From Paraspadella gotoi (taxonomy: Eukaryota > Animalia > Chaetognatha): 64,000 nt of DNA. The translations under genes were made by a program, and so were the position numbers. This document shows positions 49,756 through 63,588 of the stretch, in pieces. Where the stretch lies: positions 9,820,291 to 9,884,290 of the forward strand of contig CM119271.1 of the NCBI GenBank assembly GCA_051294375.1, read 5' to 3'. The notes under the pieces were generated by a model. That model saw only the letters and a program-made list of their open reading frames with translations. It searched no databases and was not told the DNA's origin. The stretch's first letter is position 1. Every line of letters begins with the position of its first letter.

Positions 49756-52700
49756 GAGTAGGAGAGAGAGAGAGAATTGGGGGACGAAGGAGAGGTAGAG
49801 TGATTCGAGGGTGGAGACCGCGAAAGACCTGGGATAGCGTTAAACTGTATTATGTCCGGAACGTGGCGTTAGGATTTGTTAATAAATTCGTTAATAAATT
49901 GTTTAATGCATCCTTTAAAAGATTGTTTAATAAATTCTTTTATAAATTCTTTAATAAATTTCTTTGAACCTTTTCAACGATAGAATATAAGAAATATGAA
50001 GCGGACAAAAACTCTTAATATTTTAATTATAAAAGGTTTCAAAAATATTAAAACGTTCGAAATAGCTAAAAAAAAGAAATAATCGAAACACCCATTTAGT
50101 TTTTTTTTAAAAAAAAGTCGTCAAATATAATCGGGATATGAAAGAGAAGATGATTGCCAAAACGATTTTCCTGAATAACCGACGTAAAACAACAAAAAAT
50201 TTTAAAAATAAAAAAAAATAAAATAAGACCCGGCGAGAGAGAGAAAATCGAAGCGTAACCTTTCCGTTTGGACGTTAAAGAAGAAGGAGAATCGGAACTA
50301 ATTTAAATCGGCGCCAGCGGAAAACCGATTTTTACGAGAGGAATTTTTTTTGTCGTTTGATCAAAGTTTGTAATACGATATAATGAAATTAAGCAGTTAA
50401 TATAATTAAAAAATATACCTAAATATCGAGCCGGAGAGATTCGATCATCTCGTGGATCAATTCGTCGCCGTTCAATGAGTTTAATTTTACGACAATTTCG
50501 ACCCGATGCTTTTTTGTTTCTCTGTAGTGAGCGGTAAAGGCTTCGCTCGAAACGGCTCGGCTCGTCACAGAATGAAGGGTTACGGGGATTCATATATCCC
50601 ATTATGTTGGACTAAAATCACTCACCGTCACAGCCGGCATTGGTGTACGGAGGCAAGTCATTCGCCTCTCAACCAAGGTGCGGGGTTCCAGCCCGGTGGT
50701 CGTCCTTGCAGTTAAGAGGGACGGAACGTTTAAACCGCCTGTAACTTGGAGTTACAGCCTGATCCGAAGATCAGGGACCTGCTTATATTGAACATTCTGT
50801 CACTACACATAACAATAATACTGTGTCTTCTCCATCGTTCGATAATTAGGACCGTAAAGGACGCTTTCTGAGATACCAGAATCACCCTTTCCCCTCGATT
50901 GTTCCAGTTCCTGCCCAAATTCTATCAAAGCAAATCAAACAAAACAAAAAACAAAGAGAAACGTAAAAAAGTAGAGCCGCGGCAGACACGCCCCTCCTTC
51001 GCCTCCACTCTCCCCCCCCCCAGCGAAGTCCTCCAGCCTTTCCGCGCGCGTCTGCCTTCGTCAGCATCTTTCCAGATTTAGAGATTCGTATGGAGAGATG
51101 GCATATCATTGGTCCTGAGACGGGATCGCCAATTGTCCCGAGATGGCATCGATATGGCAAAAGGGAGGAGAGGGGTGAAATGCATCGACGAACGAGCGGC
51201 GATGAATTTTTGTTTAACTTTTTTTTTAAAAAATGTGGATAAAGTTTAAAAGATTTGTGAGTAGATTTGTGGTTTAAAAAATCTCCTCGATTAAATATTA
51301 CGTAAATTGTGGCAGCACGACTTAAAGCTGCTCACTGCTGACCATCCTTTGCATCGTCTCAATGGCTAAATCATCTCGATTCATCCGCGCGTCCTTGTTC
51401 AATCCCTGGGCTTATTTTTTTTGCTTAAATGTGACGTAGGCCGGTCTAAACATGCCAGGGACAAAAAGGCGGGTCACTTACGCATTTTGTGTAACGATAC
51501 CCCGTGCCCCGGGTATCACAGGCAATCCCCATATTTACGTTATTATATTGAGATGAGTGATGGAGACCTTAAACAACCGAAGCAGGGCCAAGGTATCTTA
51601 TTTATAAATGAATGGATAATTTTTTAATTGGTTGTACCAATTTCATATATATTATATATATTATATATATATTATAGCATGAAAAGACAAAAGCAAACTA
51701 TTAACTACTAAAATCTTCTGCCAAAAAATCATGACTCTGAAACAAACGATTTCAATATAGCTGATTCGTGCTTACGTGGGTCCTATCTTGAGAACGATTT
51801 TTTTTTCATTTATTTTACATTAGAAGAAATAGATTTTATAAGTAGTCGAGGCAAGGGGGGGGGGGGAATCCAGAACTTAGATGGCCGGAAATAAAAAGAA
51901 TCGAGACCGAAAAGACGAAATTCCGGACGAGAAATGATATAATTCGGACGGTTTTTTTTTTTTTCTTCTCAAAAATGCGACGTAAGGATATTTTTGGGGG
52001 GAAAGAGAGGAAAATTTTTTATGGCGGGAAGGTCTACGTTTTGGGGGGGGGGGTAGGGGGGTGCGTGGGCGGCAAGGGTGGGTGTGGACGAAAGATTTAA
52101 GGAGTTAAACGAAGGTTTATGATATTGGTTGAATTAAAACTCGATGCGAGGTCCCTATTATCTAATTGAAAAAGTTTAAAAAAAAATATATATTTTATAC
52201 GTTATTGAAGCCAAGCACCTGGAGTTAAAACTTGTGGGGACTATCATGTTATTATCTCTGTTTATCTTGTAAGAAGGATTGAGCTCTTAAGCCACCTTAG
52301 CACGTCAAAAAGTCAAGGGCTTGTTTGTAAGATGAATGCTTATTTGTTAAATGAATGCTTGTTTGTTAAATGAATGATACTGAAGGTTGACCCGTGTCTT
52401 GATCAAAAAAGGATTAGGCATATAAACTTATAGAAAATCAACGGCAATGCTAGTAACCGAAGTGAACATAATAAATGAGACTAAAAGGAAATAAACAAGT
52501 AACCAAATAAGAGAGAAAGATATTTTAAATCGCTTTTGGTTAAATTTTTAAATCCCTTCTGTTAAAACGTTTCAGACACTTTAAGAGTTTGGACGTCGAA
52601 AAGAGATTTCTTTCCCAATCGGGGAGATAAGGCTAATCGGGTAAGGCCTTGGTGAGGCGCGCCGAAACCAAAAGAGATTACTTAGGCCATCTACCCATTT

Positions 52701-53286
52701 TTATCGCCGAGTTCTTATCATAACAAAAAAGCATCGGATTATCTCGTGGGAAGACAGGAAAAAGAACAACCGAAAGAAGAAAAAACGGAAAAAAAGGACG
52801 GAAGTTTTGGTGCGTCGTGTGTTTGTCCGTTTAGTTCTTTTTTAAAGAAACTTTTGTATTTATTTGTATCAATTTTTTTTATAACAAATATATTTTTATT
52901 TATCTCAATAAATTTAATAACGTGATTTGAACCATGAACATAATTTTTTTTGCTTTTCCTTTAAAAATGTGTTTCCGCTTTTCCGTCAACCAGAAAAATA
53001 CCAGTAAAAATCATTTTAGAAACAATTTCATAATGGGTTTTAGACAATTTTACATTTTTATATCTCTTTTAATATGCTCCTTATTTTCCACTTTTCTCAC
53101 TTTTTTCTCCTCCTCCCCTCTCCTGCCTCCTCTCTCCTCCTCCTTTGAATTCATAACATCAAACAAATCCCTCGTCGTTTTTGGACGAAATATCACGGGA
53201 GCTCACGAATTTCTAATTCGGACCGCGGCAAATTCGCACACACACGAAAACACTCACACTACTAGAAAGGCACACACAAGAAGAGC

Positions 53287-53332
<46 letters not shown>

Positions 53333-53524
53333 GAGGAAAACAGTTACATCTTTTCTCTCTTTATTTTTTTTCTTTATCTTCTTCCATTTCCAACTCTGCA
53401 AATTTTCTATTCTTCTTCCCACAGCCACTTATTTTTTCTCGCGCTTATATCAATAACATTTCAACATCTCTCTACTCTCTCTCTCCTCTCTCTCTACTCT
53501 CTCTCTCTCTCTCTCTCTGCTCTG

Positions 53525-53570
<46 letters not shown>

Positions 53571-56500
53571 TCTCCCTCTCTCTTCCAAAAACTCACCCGC
53601 TCGTGTGGATCCATATTCACGGCCCCCAGAGTATGGTAAGTACAATCGGTCCTTTAGGTGCCTTACCCACGACACCTTTGTCGAAAAACCTTATTTTTTT
53701 TGTTTTCGTGTGAGAAAAAGAAAAAAAAAAAAGAAAAAAAAAAAAGTTATTTGGAGGAAAAAAAAAAAACCAAAAAAACTCGGATTCTCTTAAATCCTCT
53801 TTTTTTATTTTTGAGTCGAGAAAATCCGATAAATGATTTTCTATTCTTGATATTCTTTCAATCCTTTCCTTATTTCTAGATCTCTTCTGCCATCTGATCT
53901 ATTCTCTATCCTCTTTCTATCCCTCTTTCCTCTCCTCTTTCAATTTCTTATCCCCTATTCTCTCCTTCTTCTATTCTAGATCCTCGAGGTTAAGGTTTAG
54001 AAATAAGACGCTTTCGGAAAAATAGCGCCAAACTTTTCTACCTTTCTCTTTCTTTCTCTCATTTCTTTTTTTTTTTTTCTCTTCTCTTCTCAACTCCACC
54101 CTTTTTCTTTCAACAGTTTTTCACAGTGAAATCCTTTCAAACGTCTTAAGTCCGACTTCGCAGGTTTTTTCTTCTCTCTCCTCTTTTTCTTTTTTTTTTT
54201 CACTTATTTTTTCTTTCCTCCTTCGATTCCTTTTTTTCCTTTTTTCTTGGCTCCTATTCTTTATCCATCCTTTGTTCTTCTCCCTTTCTCTTTCGTTCCT
54301 TCTTACTTTTTCTTTTTCCCCGTTTTTTCTCCCCGTTTTTCTCCCCGTCATTTTTCCTCTTGCTTTCCTTCCTTTCCATTTCCCTTTCCTCACTTCTTTC
54401 CTTTCTAATTCCCCATTCTTATCTCTTCTGTTTTCATAGTCTTTCCTTTCTTTTCCTTTTTTCTTAATTCTTCTTTCCTTTCTTCCAGATTTTCTCTTCC
54501 CCCCCTTTTTTTGTTCTTTTTACCCTCTTTTTCTTTTCCTTTTTTTTTCTCCGTTCTCTAATATTTTCCCTTTCTTTCTACCTCTCAGGACACAAGACTC
54601 TTCCCCCTCACTTTTCCTTTCTTCTACATCCCACGAACACTCCCCTCCTTCCTTACCCCAAACTCAGCTGGTCTCCCTTCCACACACCCCTAAAAAAAAC
54701 GAGTCCTCAACCTGCCCCCGGTGATGAGTTGAGCGTTGTCGTTGGGAATCACTGGGTTGATGTGTTGAACGTCCGATACTTGAGAAAGTTGTTCATCGTC
54801 TCGTCCGCATCCTTCAGCACCTGTCGGAGACCGAGAGTGACAGATGTAGTGCTGGGGGGGTTGCAGATGTTGGAGGGGAAGAGAAAACCAAGTGTTGGAA
54901 ACTCGGGTGGACAGATGTCGAAGCTTGTGACAAAATGTCGTATATCGACAGAAAATGAGGAAAAGCTCGATCGATATTTAAAAAAAATTGACAGTTTAGA
55001 AAACAAACAAACAAAGCGCAGTGAAATTATACGTTTAATAAAATCGTATAAATGAATGCGTACGATGGCCATATACTGATGACCTTGATCAAATGATCAT
55101 TGATCATTGATAGGGAAGCCAGGTACTCTGGGAATGAATACACGAGACTGTGAGAGAGTCTTGATTGAAAGCTTGCATGGACCTGCTATGTCATCATCTT
55201 GTAACGGTGATGGATCGGCTTTAACCACCCAAGCCTGTCCAAAGTACAGGGGTGGCAAGATAACTTATTTATCAAATTCAATGGATAAAATTTTATATTG
55301 CCCGTTGTAGCACATTTCATAAATTCAACCTACCAAATATTTTGTCTCCAGTGTTCCAAACTTCGGACCCCGACCAAAACATGAAGATGTTGAGACTCGA
55401 GTAAAGAGCGGAGGCGATGTTGGCGATGTCGTGGATCTGTGGTCGGGCCGGGGGGGGGTGGGGGGGGGTAGGAGGGGTAGGGGGAGGGGGGGCGAAAGGG
55501 GGTGAGGGTGTAAGGATCGGTAGAGGTTTCATGGTAAGGACGAGTGACGGCGGTTGTCAGAGTTTAATGGATCGAGGGAGTTTAATGGAAATCACGGTAG
55601 GCCTCGTTAGGTTTCGTGAGACAATCAGTCAATCAAATGAGTCGCGATTATTAACCAATCGATCGATGAATAAATAAATAAACGAATGAAATAATAATAA
55701 ATAAAAGAATTAATCAATCGATAAATAAGACTTTGATCCATTGACATCCTTTTTCAGTGCTTTTCGCAAACGATGCCAATCCAATTCGAAATCCAACACT
55801 TTCTTCTCACCTCTTAATGACCGATCCACGCTCTTCCCTTCCTCGATCGAATTGTCTCTTATGCGTTGACCAATAAAGTTCCACGTAGAGCGACTTCCGA
55901 TTCGCTCCGTGCGGCCCTTTGACGACAGTTATCGTCCGCGACGGAGTCTGTTCCGTCGCCGCTCGTTCCTCCCTCTCCACGTCGTCGCCTCCGCCGGCGC
56001 CTCCGTAGCGGCTCCGAGTCGGCGCCGGCAGCGCCGCCCCCTTTCCCTCAGCCGACTCTGTATTCGCCTCGGACTGCGAATATTCCTTGGCATTTCTAAA
56101 ATGTTATGAATACTCCGAGCTGGCGGGCGGATCGAGTAGAAGACCACGATTCACGGCCGCGAGTCGATTCGTCTCCATCGTCGCTCCGCCGGCCCGCGCG
56201 CCATTTGCTCCTTCAAGCCAGCCGCTCGCAGAAAAGACTGCAGTCGCAGAGCAGCCTAACATACCCTTCTCCTCCCACGGAGAATCTTCCTCTTTCCTCA
56301 TAACCACTTCCACCCTTTTCCTTACCTCCTCCTCCTTCTCCCCTTCTTCCCTCTCCTCCTCCTTTTATCTTCTCCTCCTGCTCGGGTAGAAATCATACAT
56401 ACTTTTATCTGATCTCCGACACACCGCTCGACGTCTCCGAGTCGAATTCCACGTTACAAAGAAAAAGAGAGACCTTCTAGGTCGCCTAGACGCACACATA

Positions 56501-59500
56501 CTAATTCTACCTCGGATTGAACGACAATCCCAGAGCACTAGTAGGCTCGACGAATCCCAACCTAGACTTACTCGGGCATACATGCATGCACTTGCGCTTG
56601 AACGTCCCTACAGATATCTATCGGGTGCAATAGTCGCCGAGCGAGCCGCCGCTCGCCTCGCCACCGTCCGAGCGTGGCTGTATTGGTCCTCCATCTCCCC
56701 CGAGCGCACCGTCGGCAGGGACCGACTCTTGGCGCCGAGCGCGTTCGGCGACCCTACGGTTATACATTCGGCCACAACCGTCAGGGCGCTTTTCGCGAGC
56801 ATGTGCGGTTGGTATACACGACAGCTCATCACATCGTACTGACGCTTACCGCGAAGGTTGACTCCGTTTCCAGACGGCGACTCTGGACTGACCGACTATC
56901 GAGCCTCGGTTCCCGGCGTCGTCCGAAGCCGGATGATGGCGCTTGCAGTGAATGCGTGGGGTGACTGAGCGCGGGCACAGGATTTTCTGCAGAACATTCG
57001 CGCAATCGATAAAAAGAAATTCGGAAACTAAAAAAACAAAAGGAACGGCGCCTGTGGAAAGGGAGATACGGGAGGAACGCCGGCTGCTCGCCGGCATCTC
57101 TGCCGTCACTTTCGGTTCGCGGGTTGCGCGGCTGTGGCAACCCCGGCTGGCAGCGCGCTGGCTGTCCATTCCTGTGTCTCTTCCGTCTCGTCTCTGCCCT
57201 GCGCGCCGCTGGCCGTCTTTTTACTCACTCTTCGCGTCGTCCCTGCCCCGCACCCTCGAGTTCCCCATTCCGCAAAATCCCCATTCTCCCTTCTTCCATT
57301 TCGCCGCTAGGCCTGTTGCTCGTCCTGCTTCCTTCTTTCTCACGTTCCTACGGTCGATCACTTGCTCTCGATTCTCTATCCGTCCCCGTTCCCGCCCCGA
57401 GCTCCTTGCCGCGAAATCCATCTTCCCGCCTTGCCTCCAGTGGCGTCTCCTCCGCTCCCGTATCGCTTCCCCGCGTCCTTCTTCGGCCAGACGGAGCCTC
57501 GGTTTTTTTCCCGTAATAATCGCAGTGGCTTTTCGCCTGATATAAAGATAACCGAAACAACCGCATTCTCGTGTGCGTCGGTTTTCCGCGCTATTGGGCG
57601 TGGCCCTCGGGCATATCAGCCCAGACGATCAGTATTTCCGGGCACTCAGAGACGAGACGCATGCGGCATTCGACCCGGACTGATGCCGGATCCGAGCGAC
57701 GCGAATTCGTTCCACTTTCGTATAGCTCTGGATAGTACTAGTACGAACCAGTTTTAACTCTCAAACATGGTGTGGGGTGCTCGGCGTAGTGAAAATCGCC
57801 GATCGTTGAGGAAGAGTTAGTGAACGTTAAGAATAATTAGCGAGCTATAGGTTTGCTCTGGGTTGTCTTAGTGGCGGCAGCCGTAACCAAACTCTGATCC
57901 AAGGTTTAGTTAGTCACTAGTTGTGAGCGATCGGATGTTCCTTACGATGCGTGAGCACAGGTTCCAGTTACACTGGCTCGAGGAAAGCCTTGTAGTAATG
58001 ATAGTGGGAATTTCTTAATGAGAGGAGGGCGAGTTTTCATACGCCCGCAGTTGAAAAAGCAGCAAGCTAGCGCTGTGGTGGAGAGAGGGGCATATGACGG
58101 AAAATCTTCGTTCGTTTCGCTTTCGTTCGGTTTCGTTCTTCATTAATATTCATTCATTTTTATTCATTCATTTATTCATTTCATTTATTCATTTCATTAT
58201 CATTCATTTCTATTTCATTCATTCAACTCATCAAATTACATCCATTCCATTTCAATCCATTCATTCATTCATTCACTTCATTCATTCTTTATTCATTCAG
58301 TGTCATTAATAATCATTCAATCATTTCGATTTATATCATTTCTTCACCTTCATTACATTTCATTTATTCATTGCGATTCAGTATCAATTTAACAAACTTC
58401 GTTCCTCGTTTTTTCATTTCTGTTTTTCCATTCTTTTTTTCCTTTCTTATCTTCCTTCTTTTCAATTTCTGTGTCTTTTCTTTCTTTTCTTTCTTTTTCT
58501 TTCTTTCTATTTTTATGAAATCGTTTATTTCACAATTATACATTCATTTACTCATTCATTCATTCATGTCATTCATTCATTCATTCATTCATTCATTACA
58601 TTCACTCAATTTATTCATTCATTCCCTCACCATTAACGTTATTTTCATTCATTCATCCAATCATTATTTGTTTAATTTCATTCATTCCCTCTTTCATTAA
58701 ATTCATTCATTCTAATAAAATGTATTTTGTTCATAGTGTTCAACTTCTTACTTTTTTTCTTTTCCATTTCCTTTAATCTTTCAGCGCAGGATATATATGG
58801 ATTTAGTATTTCTCGTAAATCAGAATTTTTGATTTTATATCATTTTTTCGGATTTGCGTGTCCTACTTTGTTGTATCTGCTCCACGGAGACGATCTTTAT
58901 TTCCAAAATTAATGTCGAATGCTGTTCATCTTACAGCCAATTTCCACTCGTTTCTCGAAACCTGGGATTTTTGATAGATATAACATAAAATTGATTAATG
59001 AATTATTATTGCATATATAGTAATGAGATGTTGGATTTTGGATCGCGATTGACATTAATTTATAACAAGGTGATTCATAAAATTCGACTTTTATGATATA
59101 TAGTTAAACAGGACGTTGAAGTTTGACTCTTGAACTTCGATGCCAAAATTATTCACAGCCTTGACATACAAGTTTAACTAAAACATCTTCACAAAGTTAG
59201 TTCGCCAATCGATTTATAAAAAAAAAGAGCAAAAAATGTGGAAACGGGGCTCTTAAAAAAAAAATTTTTGAAGACGAAGCATGAAATTTGACATAGTTCA
59301 GGAAAAAAAAAGAGGAAATCGAATTCGTCCCAAACATTGAGTCGACGACTTTTTTCTTTATGTGTACGATAATGAAAAAAACGCAACCAAGAAGGTGAAT
59401 ATGAACGGAATAGCGATGCCGAAAGGGTGAAAAATCAAAGCCGGCGAATGACCCCGGAATATTGAATGAAATTAAAAATCTTCATTAGGGGAAGAGAGAG

Positions 59501-59830
59501 AGAGATTTTGAACATTTTTTGTAGACGGGGAAAACAACAGAAGGACAATGGATGGACTAATGTAATGAGAAAGAAAGAGGAAGGGAATGTAAGACTGTGA
59601 TTAATTAAGAATGGCAGTTAATCTTGCAGGGTTAGGAATTTTGTAGTTACCTTAGAAGTTAAAGCGGCATAGAGTTTTTAGAAAGTGCAATATTACTAGG
59701 GATAAAAGTTACAACATGGCAAACAATGGATGAAGTTATACATAAAGAACTGAGTTTACGAGAATTGATAATAAAATAAGAGAAATAGACAGATAAAAAT
59801 CAGCTTAGACATTTAAAAAAAGCAATGAAT
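47081..59830 (-). repeat. ~12.7 kb inverted (fold-back) copy of the ADAM locus from intron 9 back to intron 2
   Basis: Reverse-complement copies of exon 9 (48591-48662), 8 (48746-48813), 7 (53597-53689), 6 (54712-54820), 5 (55334-55436), 4 (55811-~58072, inflated by insertions), the (GAAT)n tract and exon 3 (~58745-58960). Confidence 0.95.
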
Positions 59831-61126
59831 CTTTCCTCTCTTCCTCTCTNNNNNNNNNNNNNNNNNNNNNNNNNAAAAAAAACAAAATCAATCCTCGTGC
59901 AGAGAAAATTCGTATCGACTGATCCGCGCATCCGTGAGAGAGACATCAGCCCGGAGCCATTTTATAATGACCGGCGACGTAACGAGGGGTAAACGATTCG
60001 TGGGATTCATTAGAGATCAACAAAGGGAATGATGTTGAAAAAAGGGGAGGAGGAGGAAGAGGAGGAGGAGGCGAAGTTGTAAGATCTAATATAATTGTTT
60101 GTTTTTTTTAAATGAAACCAAAATGAGAATAGAAAAGAATAATCAATCATTAATTAATAATCACATTAAAATGAAAAGATTTAGCCATTGGCAAATAAAA
60201 TAATGGTATTCGCATTCAACGACATCGTGAGTTTCGGCATATTTTCGTGATATTATATAGAACCAGTTTACTAAAACGTCTGGAAAACGATTAACAAGTA
60301 AAAACTAAACTATTAAAATTAAACAAAAACGAAAGACACTAACGTTTAAAATGGAACCATTGATTAAATGTTATGAACAAATTCATAAGAAATTTTAAAT
60401 TAAAACAACGGCCAGGATTATATTTTTCTTAAAACTTTCACATTTAATTTTGTCATTGCTTTTCGTTCCGAACTCTATCGGTGCATAATACTAAGTATGT
60501 GTTATATTATGTACTAGATATTATCGTGATTAAGATAATTATATACATTTAACCGATTATTATTTCGGTCAGATGTGAAACATTGAGTAAAATTAAAAAC
60601 AATTTGATATCTAAATCCCTGTGAAATAACTATTCCTGGTACTGCAATATGCAAATTAGATTATAATGTCTTCGAAACTCGCAGTTTTTTTTCCAATTGT
60701 ACGCCGACGTCTCTAGGTTTCATTTCTTCTTTTCTCTTTCTCCATCTAATTTTCACGTCTTCATTTTCTTCCGTTGCTCTTTTCTTTTCTCTCTTGTTCT
60801 TTTTTTTTCTTTATTTCTTCTCATTTTCGCCATTTTTCTTCGGCGATTAATTCGTTTTTTGTCCCCTTCTTACTTTTTTGTTCTCATTACTTTTTCCTCA
60901 CCGACTTTTCTTTTCGGAGTCGCTTCTCCCTTTTTTTCTCTTTTGCTAATATTTTCCTTTTCTCACATTTTCTTATTCTCAGAGTAGGGAAAAAGAAAAG
61001 AGAGGTTAGGAAAGTAGGAAAGAAAAAAAGATTCCTACCACTTTTTTCTTCCGATTTCCTCTTTACTCACCTCTTCTCGCCACTTATCTCGAACCACACC
61101 CCAACCTTACCCCAATCCTCTGTCAG

Positions 61127-61219
61127 GTCCGACTGTTCGAAGCAGTACCTTCGCGAAGCCATGGCGCAGGGAATGGATCACTGTTTGCACAAATAGACCC
61201 GAGAAAGTCTACGGTGAAG
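61127..61219 (+). CDS. ADAM exon 10 (end of catalytic domain), best copy
   Basis: tgtcag|G TCC GAC TGT TCG AAG CAG TAC CTT CGC GAA GCC ATG GCG CAG GGA ATG GAT CAC TGT TTG CAC = SDCSKQYLREAMAQGMDHCLH(N)RPEKVYGE; the phase-2 start completes Trp from exon 9. Confidence 0.88.
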
Positions 61220-61689
61220 GCTGAGGACGAACGAAGCGCGGGGGGGAGGAATGAAAATCTTAAATTTCCCCGTGAAAATTCCGACAGCAAAAAGTGAGAG
61301 ATTTCGGCGATAAAACTTTTCGAGTGAGAAAATGATGAAATTTTGATTTCAAGTTTTAAGTTTAATTGAGGAACGAGAGAAAGCTTTTTACCAAGCACTT
61401 TACGGAAAGCTTTTACCAAGCAATTTACGGAAGCACGTCATCGTACGTTATAAGTTTTAGTCTCGGACCTTTTCATTTAAGAGTTGAAGAGGTGTAGCAC
61501 GGAGCAAAACATAAAGAGATGTTTAACACAAAGAGGAGAAAAAGAACACAAAGATATATATCTTTTGCAATGAAAAAAAAACAGCATGCTATTATATTAC
61601 TCGACAAGTTTAGTTCGCCATTATTGCAGAATCGCAAACTTCTTGCTTTCTTGCCATCGACCACAACCATCCACAAACAACCCCGAACC

Positions 61690-61980
61690 TGGCGCTATTT
61701 TCCGAAAGGGCTCCGTTTGTGTTCCTAATCCCCGAGCTTAAATACTTAACCCAAATAACTTATCCTAATATTTTACCAAATTCTTATCCTATTCCCTAAC
61801 CCTAATCCCATACCCCAATCTAATCCCTAATCCCTTACCCCAATCGAATCCCTAACCTTTATCCCTGATTCCTTACCCTAATCTCTAACCATAATTCCTT
61901 AATTTTAACCTTTAACTAAATCTTAACTATCTCAATTCCAAATTTAAAATGAAATGGGCCGTTTTGGGAAAAATAAACCC
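61690..61980. mobile_element. Possible MITE with imperfect ~28-bp TIRs and degenerate (CCCTAA)n interior (duplicate at ~39853-40180)
   Basis: GGCGCTATTTTCCGAAAGGGCTCCGTTT ... AAATGGGCCGTTTTGGGAAAAATAAACCC are approximately inverted; the interior has ccctaa/ccctaat/ccttac repeats. Confidence 0.4.
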
Positions 61981-62035
61981 CGAAAACCTCACGATACAAT
62001 TCTCCCCCCCCCTCACCCTCCGCCCCTCTTATCAG

Positions 62036-62162
62036 GCACTTGCGGAAATGGGTTCGTGGAGCCTGGCGAAGAATGCGACTGTGGATTTCCCGGATTCGGT
62101 TGCGAATCCAACAAGTGTTGCAACGCCTCCACATGCAAATTGAACATCGGTGCGACTTGCGG
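62036..62162 (+). CDS. ADAM exon 11 (disintegrin N-terminus), intact copy
   Basis: atcag|GC ACT TGC GGA AAT GGG ... = [44 protein letters not shown]|GTGAGT. Confidence 0.93.
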
Positions 62163-62275
62163 GTGAGTCTTCCTTTTTAAAGTGCGGGTCAGTCTTCTTT
62201 AATAAAGTGCGGGCGGGTTGGAGGAATTGGGGAGAGGAGAAATTCGCCTCGTATTTCGTGCCTCTTTTTTGGTCA

Positions 62276-62306
<31 letters not shown>

Positions 62307-62520
62307 AATCATAGCCAGTTTTCGACGCCAGTCATTTCATCTCTTTTTACATTTGGCATTTATTTGAGACCGGCTTTTCGGATGTTTTGTGAACCTTTTT
62401 TGGATAAAGATCGCTCGTCCGATAAACCGTTGTTTTTTTACGAGTTTGACGAGTTTTTTTTTTTTTTTTGTTAACAATATTGCCACGCTCGGCTACGTTT
62501 GTGTCACCGAAAAGATACGT

Positions 62521-63089
62521 TTACTTTTGGAAATTCGTACTCAACACTAAGCGGGATTCGTCAGTGAGACTCTCGTCAAAACCCTTTTTGGTCGGGCGAC
62601 GCTTCGAACGCCTTGGACCCAAGGGTGGAGACTGAGAGTCTTCTGTAAGGGGTGAGGGTCGGGAAGGAAAGAAGGATCGATGCTTGAACCGAAGATTCGT
62701 CTCTGTTCTCGCGTCGTCGTCGTCGTCGTCGTCGTCGTTATCGTCGTCGATGTCGGATTCGTTTCATTAGCTTTCATTGTTTGAATCGTCGTCCTTGTAG
62801 TCGTCGTCGTCTTCCTCATCGAAATGGCGCTGACCCTGTCGTCTTCAACGTCGTTTTTGGCGCTGTCGTCATCGTTGACGTTAACGTTGGCGCTGCTTCG
62901 TCATCATCGTTGGCATTGGCGTCGCTGGTATTGACGTCGCTGGTATTTGCGTCGCTGACATTGCGTCGTCTTCTCTCTTCTCGTCACTGTCGTCGTCGTT
63001 GTCATCGTCGTCGTTGTCGTCGTCGTCCTCGACTTCTCCTTCTTCCGCCGTCGAGATTCTTGACGTCGAAGATTGAAAGGCTCTGCCAC
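62521..63089 (-). CDS. Putative terminal exon of a nested antisense gene; Asp/Asn-rich acidic region plus basic tail
   Basis: Acceptor ctccctag|GT GGC AGA. Reads GRAFQSSTSRISTAEEGEVEDDDDNDDDDNDDDSDEKREDD...(few indels)...DEEDDDDYKDDDSNNE...DDDDARTETNLRFKHRSFFPSRPSPLTEDSQSPPLGPRRSKRRPTKKGFDESLTDESRLVLSTNFQK* (TAA at 62523-62521). AATAAA on - at 62359-62364. Confidence 0.55.
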
Positions 63090-63228
63090 CTAGGGAGCAA
63101 TTCTCCCTCCGTCACTGTCTCTCTTTTCTCTCTGTCTCTGTCTCTCTCCTTTTCTCTCTCTCTCGCTCTCTTTCTCTCTTTTGTCTTTCTCATTCCCTCT
63201 CTCTCTCTTTTTCTTTTTCTCCCTTCCG

Positions 63229-63311
<83 letters not shown>

Positions 63312-63507
63312 CTCTTTCTTTTTCTGGGATTGGGCTCTTCCGGTTGTTACAGGCGCGTGATTTAATTTACAAGTTCCGTCATCAGGTGCGCGATGGGGCG
63401 AGAGAGAAGAGAGAGAAGAGAAGAGAGAGAGAGAAGAGAGGAGAGAGAGAGAGAGAAGAGAGAGAGAAGAAAGAGGAAGAGAGAGAGAGAGATGAAAGAA
63501 TTCCCAC

Positions 63508-63588
63508 CTTTAGTGTTTTTTCCCTTCTTCGATAAATGAGATCAAAATCTAAAATTCTTCGCGTCTCGATTTCAATTTTCACTGGAGA
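63508..63588 (-). CDS. Candidate internal exon of the nested antisense gene
   Basis: ttttcag|SPVKIEIETRRILDFDLIYRRREKTLK|GTGGGA; 81 bp, open in only one frame. Confidence 0.35.

Noticed and set aside
56050-58070. Cluster of novel-looking ORFs (up to 197 aa)
   Set aside because: The region is the insertion-corrupted reverse complement of ADAM exon 4.
63353-63385. + strand micro-exon candidate ARDLIYKFRHQ (acag|...|gtgcgc) and a + strand reading of 63858-64000
   Set aside because: In the phase required after ADAM exon 11 it hits a stop and lacks disintegrin cysteines; the - strand reading fits better, though the strand here is not fully resolved.
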